DNA from: Naegleria gruberi
Lineage: Eukaryota
Assembly (NCBI GenBank): GCA_000004985.1
Contig: GG738886.1
Direction: 5' to 3' (one strand)
Length of the DNA: 64,000 bases
The translations under genes were made by a program, and so were the position numbers. Shown here piece after piece: positions 11,086 to 22,005 of this stretch. Below the pieces are notes generated by a model that saw nothing but the letters and a program-made list of their open reading frames with translations, was not told the DNA's origin and did no database searches. Every line of letters begins with the position of its first letter. The first letter of the stretch is position 1.

Positions 11086-12284
11086 TTCTAAGGTTTTATA
11101 TTGAGAGAGTTAGCTAGATATATTTACACACACAAAGTTTCTCGAGCGTAATACTGTGTAATCCAATTCGATTAATATTTGTTATAGTATACTATTTAGT
11201 GTAGTCTTTGATTTTTCTTCAAAGGCTTGTTGTTGTTGTCCTGCCGCAGCTGCTTGCTTGTGTAGAAGTTTACGCTTCTATTGATGTTGTTGTTGGAGTT
11301 TGTTAAAGACGAACGCTGTCTTTTTTTTCTGAATGGTTTTTTTCAATACTCAGGCTGCGCGCCAAAGCTATTTGTCTTGTAGTTTGTTAGCGTTGTGAAG
11401 AGTTTCAACATGCGTGATACAGATCAAATCATGGCAAGATTTGCGCGTGATAGGGCGGCTATCACGATCAAACTCTCGAGAGATGAGCCTTCTCACGATT
11501 GAATAAATGGAAATAAAGCTTGGTGCGAATGAAGGGGCCGTCAGTTGTCTACAATATGTCAGATTTGGAGTTGCTAACAAAGGAAGTGAATGAATTGTTT
11601 TGAGAAGTAAGTTGAAAATTTGAATGTACTTATTTATTGGTTAGGTGGTAATTATTTGGATTTCATTGAGGATTTAATAGTTGTTGAATGATTTTACTGT
11701 ACTATTTCACTGTACAATTAACAAAATAAAATTTGACAGGTGCTTGTCAAATGCCATCCAATAAGACAGGTTACTGTTTGAACATCTAAAAAAGAGTAAT
11801 GATTTCAAATAATGGTTTTTTTATTTTCCAAGAGGTTTTTGAAAGATCATTGATTTGAAATTGATGGACGAACTAACATGGCTAGTATTGTTGATTTAAC
11901 ATGGTTCTCTCATCGTGTAACTGTAAAAGTGACAACTAAAGCGGACGGAATACGTAAGCATTGTAACAAACTACAGTTATGCATGATTTAATGAACAAAT
12001 CACGACAAGAAACCAAGAAATTACATGGTCAACTGGGATTGAATTGATCACTGGCAGGTGGGGAGTAAACTTTGATACATTCAGAACATTGAAGAATATC
12101 TGTGGAAGAGATAAAGCATGAGATATGTCATGTCGTTACATGTTTTTTTTTAATGAAGAAGAATTGATCAACTGGAAAGTTTTTAACCAGCTAGAAGTGA
12201 AACTGTAATGGAAATTGTATTTTGAGCTGGAAAGAAGTAAATCAGATCGTGGTCATTAAGGGATTATTTTCAATCTGAATGTAT

Positions 12285-12356
12285 TCCCGTGTAGTCCAAT
12301 GGCTAGGATACCTGGCTTTCACCCAGGAGGTCCGGGTTCAATTCCCGGCATGGGAG
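12285..12356 (+). tRNA. tRNA-Glu(UUC)
   Basis: 72-nt cloverleaf paralogous to the 6938 gene. The anticodon loop CTTTCAC gives anticodon TTC; the acceptor has one G-U pair. Confidence 0.88.
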
Positions 12357-12608
12357 AATACTTTTTACTTTAAAATGCTAACAATATTATTGTAGACATT
12401 CAATCAATTTCCAACATTTTACAAAGTTGTACAAACTATTAGTGCTCTCGCAATTTTTCTTCGAAACCAAAAACTGTCGCGTTAAACTTTGTCCATTGCA
12501 AAATTGCGCCATTCAAAAATCTCCTTCAAAAAAAACAACAAAATACAAAAACACCCATTTCCTCTCAATAAAATTTTATAGAGTTTGATTTTAGAGTTTG
12601 ATCAAAAA

Positions 12609-14109
12609 ATGTTTCTCTTCCGAAGAAAGAATAGCACTGCCACACTGTCCTCCTCTTCCTCGACATCTTCGTTGAATGGAGGAGTACCAGCCAATAAGAG
12701 ACAATTTACATTTGCTGTGCAAGTGGAGAGCATTGGTGAGTAGAGTTTTGTGTTTTGATGATTTTAATCATGATGAAAATTATCGAAATACAATGATGAT
12801 GATGATTTTTTAATGTTTGAATATTCTCTTCCAATATTGGAAATGGATATTCTCTTGAATGATAGAAAATATACCACTCTATATGCAAATTCCACTCTCT
12901 GTTGAGGTTTATAAATTAAATAATGCATTGAATGCCAGTACAAGTCAAATGACAATCAAGGGAAAATTGTTTAGAAAGAAGAAATTAGTGGGATCAACTC
13001 CATTTAAATTGGTTGATTCATCGACACAAAAATCAAATTACATGTCGACTATGGAGTTTTTGTGTAACCTTCCCTATGATGAGATTTCTGGAAAATTAGT
13101 GAAAGGACCTGTCACATCAACAACTGTTTTTCCACCAATTAATGAGGCAATATCTAATGTTGAGGAAAATAATGATAGTAATAACTCTACATCTGCTGCT
13201 GTAGGAGATGGAAAGTTTTTGCAAATAGTTGTAAATAAGAAATTGCATACAAGTAACAAGATTGAATTCGTCAATGAAATGTTGGTCGATTTGTCACATT
13301 ACTGTTTATTGAATAGTGAATATCAATGCAGAATTTCAGTTCCTTTTGAACTTTCGAGTGGTGTAACTGTAAATATTACCATGATCATATTTTCTACAAT
13401 TGGAAATCAATTATTAGGAAGAAAATCAGGAAGTTTGGATTTGTCAAGACCAATGACTGCAACCAATACTTCACCATCACGAGAGGTGTCTGTAGATGTT
13501 TCCCCAAAGATTTCTCCTCAAATTAATCGTGTATTGAGTGCTGATCTCGATGATAGTCCTTTCATTAATAGTAATACTAGTGGTAATAATAATAATAATG
13601 GATCGTCAGCATTCTCTCCAACTAATTACTCAAATTCTACTTCATCACTCAATGGAAATAATGCTAGTAATGGTGTTCAGGACTTTTTCAAACGAAGAGC
13701 TGAATTGAATTCAGGAAGATCAAGATCGGGCTCCTCTCCAATTGCCATGCAACACACTCCATATAGTCCACAACCTTACGAACCATCAACTTTTAACAAC
13801 CCTACATCAGTCAACACCTTTACTGAAGGACAAAACAGTGGCACCCTTTCAGATCCTAGCCCTTCACTTATCGATACAGGAGTAGTACCAAACCGTGAGG
13901 AAAATATTGACGTACTCAGGCAAGAAAACCAACATTTGAAATCAGTTCTACAAAGAGCTAAAGTGAGGTTCCAAGAAGTTGTCTCTGAAAATTCCCAACT
14001 CAAAGAAAGAATCAAACAATTAGAAGAGCAAATGACCCTTCTCCAAACAGCATCATCACCCAATCCTTTCCCAGGCACTACTTCAAAGGATTTATTGGAT
14101 TTTTTCTAA
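12609..14109 (+). CDS. coiled-coil protein with putative N-terminal NT-C2-like domain, 2 exons
   Basis: Exon 1 is 12609..12735 (MFLFRRKNSTATLSSSSS...QFTFAVQVESI, aaaaaATG context). The donor GTGAGT is at 12736 and the intron 12736..12865 (130 nt) ends in TAG. Exon 2 is 12866..14109. The frames join with phase 1 and total 1371 nt. Exon 2 contains N/S-rich tracts and a C-terminal heptad-like segment (VLRQENQHLKSVLQRAKVRFQEVVSENSQLKERIKQLEEQ). Confidence 0.4.
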
Positions 14110-14465
14110 GGATTAGTATTATCTGTTTCCATTTCAATTATAATTGGACAATTTAAATGTAAATATTTGGCATTCTCACTATTTATGAAATCAATTTGCT
14201 GATTTTTAATATCCTCTATTTGTCCAATCGCACTTGGAAGCACAATAATTTTGTAAACTTTGTATCCTTGGAAAATTAAATGTATGCGATCATTCAACAA
14301 ATTGTTGTCGAATCCTATCTATTTGTTTGGTATTCGAATTGCTAGTTTCAATGGATACCTTCTCTCTAAATTGTTTCTTTCCTCCACCTTGATTATCTCC
14401 AGAGTGAGGATAAACATGATTGGTGCGATTGGATAGAATAATTGAATCTTTATTCTTTCAAAAAA

Positions 14466-16358
14466 ATGCATTCGAATAGTAATACTTCGGACCCATCGAA
14501 CAATGATCAACACCACCACGATAATGGCACAACTTTTGAAGAAATAAAGAAGTTAAGTTCTTCACCAACTCTAGCTCGAAAGGAAAAGGCACCTTCGCTT
14601 GGCACCTCTCCTTCAAACAATAATTCAATAATCCAATACTTTATTCGAAAGCGTTCAAAAAGTATTGACCTCAAGGAAAGTAAAAGCAACCATCGAGTCA
14701 TGATGCCACTCCACTGTATCCTCAAACACAATTATCATGAAAAGATTTTACGAGAATCAACTAATCCTTCTCTCCTCAATCGTTCACTTTCTCTGGCGAA
14801 TCTAACCTCAAGTCCAAATTCACCTCTCGTTCAAAGTCCATCCTCTGAAAATCATCAACCTCCTCTCCTGATTCATTCTCCACGTGGTGGTAGAAGAGAT
14901 TCAGTTTCCTCATCAGATAGTTCATCAACTGAAGATTCTTCATCCTCTTCATTTGTTACTTCATCATCTGACAGTCAATCCACACTGAAATCACCACTTT
15001 CAATGAAAGAAACAGATTTTGGAAATGTAAACTTTATCAGAGAAACATTTACTGATTATCTATCTCAAACCAAAGTACTCGGCATTAAACAAGCAAATGT
15101 TAAATTACTATTTTTGGATCATTTTTATGAAATTTCGAGACCATTCTCAAAGAAGGGATTTGAAAATGGAAAGGAGGTGATTCGATTGATGGAACAGTTT
15201 TGTAAATGTTTTGTGAATTTTAGTATTGATAGTTATATAATAGATATGGAGTTGATTGAGGAGAAAATTCATTCGGGAGTTGAATTTCCTTATTTAAGTC
15301 ACTTGTATTCGAATTCAAATTTTGGACCTGTGAGACATGAAGCTTTGGAAGCTGTCATGATTGAGGTTTGCAACAAGTTGTTAAAGAAACAAAATCAAAA
15401 TACAGAAATAGTCACAGGACATGTCGAAACTGAACTAATAACCAAAGAAGAAACTTTGCTTTTGAAAGATGTAACAGAAAAAATACAACTCGTATGTGAA
15501 ATGTTCTATACTGAGCTTCAGGATGTCTTTTCCTATTTTCAAGCTCACAAAAAGTATAGATCCATGATTAGTGTGTGGCTCAAGAAGGGCATTGATAATC
15601 AAACTATTCCACTTCATGTACTCGATCTTTACAAGAAGAAACTCGAAGGGGATGAAAAGGCTCTCAATACTTTCAAATTTTCTGATGAAGATTTCAAGGC
15701 AAAGAATATCATTGATAAGGATTGGAATTTTGCCAAGTATTTCTCTCAGGATATTTCCACTGATTGGTACGTTTCGTGTAGAGATGAGAAATATGTACAG
15801 TGGAGTACGAAAACTGAATATTCGTATAATGATAAGGATCTGAGAGCTTCAAAATTGATTGGAAATTTGAATTATCCTCTCGAAAAGATTGTAAAATCAT
15901 TCAATACTGAAAAACATTTAGCTCAATCATTTACTAACGTGAAATTTCATGAGTATAATCCAATTAATGAATCTAGCTCTTTGCAAAAGTATCCATCAGG
16001 AATTTTAACGTCTAAATTGAAATTTGGACCACTTTTGAAGAAGAGAAGTGTTAAGGTAATTTTCTCGACCAAAACGAAATTTATTGGAAATGAAATGTCA
16101 GAATTTATTCTATTCTTCAAAAGTTGTGATTATCAGGAATCAGGAAAGGACATTCCAGTCACAGTAATTGGATGCAGAGTTTTTACAAAACTTGACAAGA
16201 ATCGAACAAGATTCTTGCAAGTTCGAATGGGTAATCTGGGTGGATTATTGAATACATCTCTAATTATTCACAACAAGTTGTCATTTAAATTTGTTTCATC
16301 ACAACAATTTTTTTTTTCATTGAAGGAATATTTTAGGAAACACCTACCGCCACCTTAA
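14466..16358 (+). CDS. hypothetical Ser-rich protein
   Basis: The first in-frame ATG with an A-rich context is at 14466 (MHSNSNTSD...). It encodes a 630-aa protein with an S-rich N-terminal third. The C-terminal end may be spliced: a polypyrimidine tract plus AG lies at ~16300..16330, followed by a 56-codon ORF at 16362..16532. I did not resolve this. Confidence 0.45.
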   Translation: MHSNSNTSDPSNNDQHHHDNGTTFEEIKKLSSSPTLARKEKAPSLGTSPSNNNSIIQYFIRKRSKSIDLKESKSNHRVMMPLHCILKHNYHEKILRESTNPSLLNRSLSLANLTSSPNSPLVQSPSSENHQPPLLIHSPRGGRRDSVSSSDSSSTEDSSSSSFVTSSSDSQSTLKSPLSMKETDFGNVNFIRETFTDYLSQTKVLGIKQANVKLLFLDHFYEISRPFSKKGFENGKEVIRLMEQFCKCFVNFSIDSYIIDMELIEEKIHSGVEFPYLSHLYSNSNFGPVRHEALEAVMIEVCNKLLKKQNQNTEIVTGHVETELITKEETLLLKDVTEKIQLVCEMFYTELQDVFSYFQAHKKYRSMISVWLKKGIDNQTIPLHVLDLYKKKLEGDEKALNTFKFSDEDFKAKNIIDKDWNFAKYFSQDISTDWYVSCRDEKYVQWSTKTEYSYNDKDLRASKLIGNLNYPLEKIVKSFNTEKHLAQSFTNVKFHEYNPINESSSLQKYPSGILTSKLKFGPLLKKRSVKVIFSTKTKFIGNEMSEFILFFKSCDYQESGKDIPVTVIGCRVFTKLDKNRTRFLQVRMGNLGGLLNTSLIIHNKLSFKFVSSQQFFFSLKEYFRKHLPPP

Positions 16359-16587
16359 GAAAATGGCAGCAGAGGAATTTTCTAAATTGATGGATATGAT
16401 TAAGAGTGCTGAAAAGGAAGGATTTCCAATGCCTCCAATTGAGAATAATCATTTAATGAGAATTTGGATTGATTATTGTAAACATTATTGTCAAGTAGAT
16501 GTTTTGGAAAAGTACAATAATAATGAATGAGTTTCATCACGAAGTTTTTGGATTTCTTAAATATTTGAGCATCTGCTTTATCATTTA

Positions 16588-19514
16588 TTACTTTTTGATT
16601 AAATGCTTCTTGTAAATGTTCACTCTCTGCTCTGGTGTTAACTCGTCGAATATTTGTGGATCCCTCTGGAGGATATCGTCATAATTCCTGGCCAAGAGGA
16701 AGAAACAATAATCCTGCAAGACAGCATCTCCAAATTCATTTGCAATTTCCAAAATATGCAATGCTGTATATTCATCAAATTCAAATTGTTTGATAGTTGC
16801 TCTGGCCTTATCTTGTAGCAATGACAATTCCAACAAGTGACTCAGAACATAAATTTCCACAGCATTTCCAGAATTTAAATCCAAAGGATAACTCGGACAA
16901 TAAATGAAACTCATCACTACCACCAAGCTCTGTATACTGATAGAGTCCATGATAAGAATTCTCTTTTGAGCTTCGAAAAATTGAGAGTTAAATGTGGCAG
17001 CAAAGTATTTCGATGAAATACAAAGGATCATTTTGTGTACATTGATGGATCTGTAAATTGGTGGGTTGTAAGTGTGATCTGGAGCTAAAATTCTAACGAG
17101 ACCTTGTTTTACATCTGGAACAGAGTTTGGATCGTTAGATAGCATTGATCTAAATTCTTCAATATCTTCAACATCTTCATTTGGACTAATCTTGAGGAAT
17201 GATGGTAATTCCTTTTCCAAAGTCTTGAAGTTATGAGAGAGGAATGAACTCAATGAAGGCTCTCTCAGTAATGATTGGACGAGTAGAGTAATTTTGAAAT
17301 GAACAGCCATTTGAAAAATATCCTTAAAATGTTCAGATTTCAAATCGGTAGCATCAAACATTCCAGAATAAATATATTGCAAGACTCTTATGAAAGCTCT
17401 CTTGAGATGTTTCACTTCTGGCACATAATTAATTCTGATATAAGTTAAATCTCCATGATTCAACTCATAGGAATCCAAATTTGAAGAATTAACATCTAAA
17501 CCTAGCTTTCTCAGTTCTGCAACCATGATCATCTTTTTTAATTCTGGAAAACGTTGAAGGATGAGTTTGTGTGCACAACATGGAAGTTTTTCTCTTTCTG
17601 TTAGGACCTCTGATTCTTCCTCTTCTGGAGTGAAAATGAAAACCAAGTCTGCATCATCTGGCTGGGTAGTTTCCAACCATTTAAAGTATGTCTCTGATTG
17701 TGCAACAACTGCTGATTTTTGACTCTTCAGAATCTTATCACTTCTAAAACATCTTACCGAGTGTTCAGATGTAATCGATTTCTTTTGGAAGAGTATTCTA
17801 TTCAAGAATGCTCCATATGAATTGAATGTTAAGGAACGAGTTGAACAACCACCCAATAGAACATAGGAGTCAGTAAGTGTCTGAATAGTACCTGCGGTAG
17901 CAGCACTATCAAAATCATTATCAGGGACAGAAGGGACAATAAGCCACCTATTTTCCTTAATGTTATATTCAAAAAAGTTAGTATTCCAATTGGAGCCATC
18001 AAATCCTCCGTACAGTACCAGTGTATTAGAATCTCTCATAAGTAGTGTGGCCATTGTAAGCTGGGGCACAAAATTAGTCTGAGTTGTTTTGTTTGTCCAT
18101 AATTTGGTTTCAATATCGTAGTAGTGCATGTCATTGAATATTTGTCCATCATTATGACCTCCAAATATGAAAATTCTTCAATAGTTACAAAATGAATATT
18201 TGTTTGATTAATTTACCAACTTACCTTCCTTGAGATTGAGTAATAGCAGCACCAGCCCTTGGTGAAATATCAGAAGCAATAGATTCCACTTTTTCAAAAC
18301 TTGTAAATCCACCATGCCATTCATAACAGTTAAAATCATTTGTATATCCAGATTTTCCATAACCTCCAAGTGTGTACAATCTATTGTCATAAACACAGGA
18401 GGAATGTCCACAAATTGGACTAGCAAGTTTACCTGCTGTTTGCCATTCAATTCCTGCACCTGTGATTCGTCCAGTATAAATTTCAGCTGAATAAGTCTTT
18501 GGATCTGTTAAACCTCCAATAATCACAAATCCACCCTTCATTCCATTGAAAGAATGGAATAACCTTGGACTACAGGTTGAACTTTGCTTGACTTTCTTTA
18601 CATTAATGTTCTTTCCTTCCTCCAAAGCAACTTCGAACATGTCATTAGAAAGAGCCCCATTATCTAATATCCATTCCATCAATCAATTCTAGAATCAAGT
18701 CAATTAAATACTTACAAATACCTCCCCAAGTATAAACCTTTGAATCCATGTTACAACTTGTCATCATCATTCTTTGCATTCCCTTCTTCTTCTCAACACA
18801 TTCCTTTGTAAATGAAAGTGATGAATAAAAACTATCCACAAATGCATAATAACCCTTCTTGGTATCTTTCTTATAGTGCAAAATAGTACGTTCCAACTTT
18901 TCAAGATCATCAGTTGGATTTGATTGCTTAACCTTTGGTTTCTGAATGTCATTTCCCTTATTCACCAATTCTGAATCAAAATCCTTGATTGCTGAACTCT
19001 TTTCCACCAGAAAATCCTCAACATCTTGAATGAGAATAAACATGACAACTTGTCCAATCGAATCCCTTGCCTTATTATTCAAAATCTCAAGTAAATCTTC
19101 AATTTCCTTCTCTTGAATTTCTTGTGCCACTCTTCTCATCTCTTTAAACTCTTCATGTTCTTCATACATTTCAGGAGGACAATAAATAAAAACCTTTTCC
19201 ATGGCTGATTGGATTTTAATTTGGGGCACATCACTAGTTGGATATCCCGAAGGAAATTCAACACTCAAAATTAAACCAGTTTGAAACAAGTGATACAAGT
19301 GATCAGTCTTCTTCGAGGTGATTATTTGTCTCTCTATTAATGATGGAATTTTCAATCGGAATGACAATAAATTATCTTCAATGTTATTGCCATGATCAAG
19401 ATTATTATTATCATCATTAGAACAAGACGGCGAGAGTTGCTGAATATCATCAGCATAAATCGACTGTAAAACTTGAAACTCTTCGAACTGGGCTGCTTGA
19501 TTGTTTTCTTCCAT
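16588..19514 (-). CDS. RWD + kelch-repeat + tandem BTB/POZ protein (LZTR1-like), 3 exons
   Basis: Exons 19514..18716, 18663..18226 and 18176..16588. Intron 18715..18664 is 52 nt with a GTAAGT donor, joining ...VYTWGG to IYNGALSND and preserving the kelch GG. Intron 18225..18177 is 49 nt with a GTAAGT donor, joining ...ITQSQG-R-IFIFGGHNDG. Total 2826 nt, 941 aa. The N-terminus has an RWD-like fold (QFEEFQVLQSIYADD...YPTSDVPQIKIQS). Kelch blades carry GG motifs. There are two BTB boxes (HKLILQRFPELKK..., HKMILCISSKYFAATF...). Confidence 0.55.
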
Positions 19515-19698
19515 ATTTTTAAATTGATTTGTTTTTTTCTTAGAAATGAACTTGAGAATTGTGAAAACGTGAGTTGTAAAACGAAATTGAAGAAGAAAAT
19601 GGTTCAAATTCAAAGATGAAAGTGAATGTGCATTTTCATGAATGCATTTGAAGTGTTTGGAATGATGAAAAAAGAAAGGTCTCTTGAAATTATTATTA

Positions 19699-21900
19699 TT
19701 ATTGAGCAGCATTCTTCATGGAAAGTAAAACATTGACAATGGTTATTCCTCCATTATCTTCAAAAGTGTAGCCAACTGAGTTTTGAATCATTCTGGATTT
19801 GGAGAGGAGAGGAAGTAAGGTCCAAACACATGGAAAGTTCTCCTGAGCAAAGCTTTCAATTTCTTTGGCAAGATGAGTGGCAATATGATTTCTCAATGAT
19901 TCAGTGGAATAATCTTTGGAATCTGAATTGCTACTGACCACTTTCTGAATGGCTTCTCTCAGAATGAGAGTCCAATCTTGGAAAACCTTTCCAATAGGTG
20001 GGAATTTATAGTAGGGAATGTCAATACCTTGATGGTGCTGTTCTGTTTTGGATTTAATTTCCTCCTCGAATCGAGTATCTATTGTCTTGATGAGCTCTTC
20101 TTGTTTTGTGGAGGTGAATTTCTTAGAGTTGAAGTGGGTGAGAAGTTGTAAGTGAGACGAATCTTTCTTATTAGTACTCATCAAATATTTCATTCTTCCA
20201 TTCAATACAGTGAGCATTTTAGTGCAGATGGATTTCATTCTCGATAAGGCCAATTCCTTCACAAAATCTGGATAGGTCGATACGATGGTTTTGGCAGCGT
20301 GCATTTCCTCAAAGCTTGATTCAATATCTGTTCCAAGCATTTTCATAATCTCGTAAATCTTGGCATGTTTTCCATTGCAAGACACAAATAAAATATCTTT
20401 GGCATGTGTTTCAATATTCTTAATCCAAAAATCGATCATTTTCTGCAAAATTTCCTCTCTAGAATCAGAGCTGTGATCGTAAAAGTTTCTCTCAATTTCT
20501 AAAAAGTGCTCTCTAGTGGGTCTCTTTTTGAAATTCTCAAATACAATATGTAGATATCTTTTCTTTTCCTTCTTTTCAAAGGTACTTCTGCAAGTACCCA
20601 TCCTAGATCCAAGATTTCCCTCCTTCTCAATGAGGATCATCTTATCGACCAATTCGTGTCTCTGGAGTGAGGTAATTCTTTCATCATTTCTCAATTCTGA
20701 GAATAGATTGAATACCTTATTCCAAAACTTTGGCCAAAACTCGATAAAAGAATCACTCACTCTATCTGAATAGTCCTTGTGAATTTTGTGACAGACTGAG
20801 ATAGTCTTTTTCAGATAGAGAATGATAATTTCCCATGTTTTCCTAGTCTTTGGTTCTATTACTTGGAGGGAACGAATCATTTCATGACAGGCATTAAAGA
20901 GGGTATCAAGAGCCTCTCCTTCAGATATGAACTCTACAACATTGTCATGCAAAGTTTCACCCGTTATGCAAGCCAAAAGTCTACTGCTTGCGTCATGAAT
21001 CGAATCCATCAATGGAAAATGTGTCAATTTCTTCTCTGCTTTCAACTGTTCAGAAAACTTTCCACTCTCAACCTCCTTAATAAAACTCAAAATCTCTTCC
21101 ACAATTTGATGTTCTGAAATTTTGTGGAAAATATGCAAAACTTTCAAATCCTTAGAAATTAGATAAGTAACAGATTGTGGTTTTTTCAACTTGGCGTCCA
21201 AACATCTAAATTCCCTACAAATCTTCAAATCCTTATCCAATATAATATCCTGTTCATACTCATTACTCTTGTCCAATGTTTTTGAATTGGAAATTCCAAT
21301 CACTGCAATCTCCTTCTCCTTAAATTTACTTAAATCCTCCGAAAAGACTTGTGAAAGATCAGTCCTTTTCAACTTTTCCTTATTATCCCTGAAAAAGTAC
21401 AACAAAATGTACTTGTGTTTCTTAGAGAGTTTTAACAAGTTAATTTTCCTAGCGTGATTGGATGAAACAGTCTTGAAATCTGGAACCGAATCGCCTTCAT
21501 CCAGCAATAAACATTCAATCGGAACGAATGATGTCTGCTGTTCAGCCATCAATATATCCTGCTTATCCAAAGTAAATCCATGATTTAAAACAATATCATA
21601 GTCTTCCTCATCCTCTTGAAAGGTATCCTCTTGAAGTTTTTCAACGAGTGGAGAAGGCTCCACCGGCTCCAAAGTCTTTTTTCTCTTAATTCTTTCCACA
21701 ATTAATTCTTGAGTTTCAAGCGAATGATTGGCTTCGGAATTGTTTTCTTTTTGCTCGTTTGTTGTTGATGATATTTCATCATGGTGAAGAGTGTTCTCGG
21801 AAGCTGATGATGATGCATGTTCATTATCTTCCTTGTACTTCCTCTTGCGAGAGGGAGTTTTTTGCTGGGAAGAATCACTCGCTTTGTTTGTTGTTTTCAT
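19699..21900 (-). CDS. hypothetical protein with Cys-less thioredoxin-fold (AhpC/TSA-like) region
   Basis: 733-codon ORF with an aaaaaaaATG context. Residues ~120-290 resemble the peroxiredoxin/thioredoxin-like fold (VPDFK...ILLYFF...IAVIGIS...LISKDLKVLHI) but lack the catalytic Cys. Its 3' end overlaps only untranslated sequence of the LZTR1-like gene. Confidence 0.45.
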   Translation of the reverse strand: MKTTNKASDSSQQKTPSRKRKYKEDNEHASSSASENTLHHDEISSTTNEQKENNSEANHSLETQELIVERIKRKKTLEPVEPSPLVEKLQEDTFQEDEEDYDIVLNHGFTLDKQDILMAEQQTSFVPIECLLLDEGDSVPDFKTVSSNHARKINLLKLSKKHKYILLYFFRDNKEKLKRTDLSQVFSEDLSKFKEKEIAVIGISNSKTLDKSNEYEQDIILDKDLKICREFRCLDAKLKKPQSVTYLISKDLKVLHIFHKISEHQIVEEILSFIKEVESGKFSEQLKAEKKLTHFPLMDSIHDASSRLLACITGETLHDNVVEFISEGEALDTLFNACHEMIRSLQVIEPKTRKTWEIIILYLKKTISVCHKIHKDYSDRVSDSFIEFWPKFWNKVFNLFSELRNDERITSLQRHELVDKMILIEKEGNLGSRMGTCRSTFEKKEKKRYLHIVFENFKKRPTREHFLEIERNFYDHSSDSREEILQKMIDFWIKNIETHAKDILFVSCNGKHAKIYEIMKMLGTDIESSFEEMHAAKTIVSTYPDFVKELALSRMKSICTKMLTVLNGRMKYLMSTNKKDSSHLQLLTHFNSKKFTSTKQEELIKTIDTRFEEEIKSKTEQHHQGIDIPYYKFPPIGKVFQDWTLILREAIQKVVSSNSDSKDYSTESLRNHIATHLAKEIESFAQENFPCVWTLLPLLSKSRMIQNSVGYTFEDNGGITIVNVLLSMKNAAQ

Positions 21901-22005
21901 TTTTTTTCTTGGATTTCTCTTTATTTGGAAGTTTTAAAAAGGTCATGAATAGTATTTAAATGGAATGAGTTTTACAAAATTGTGTTATTTTTATTTACAG
22001 TATTT

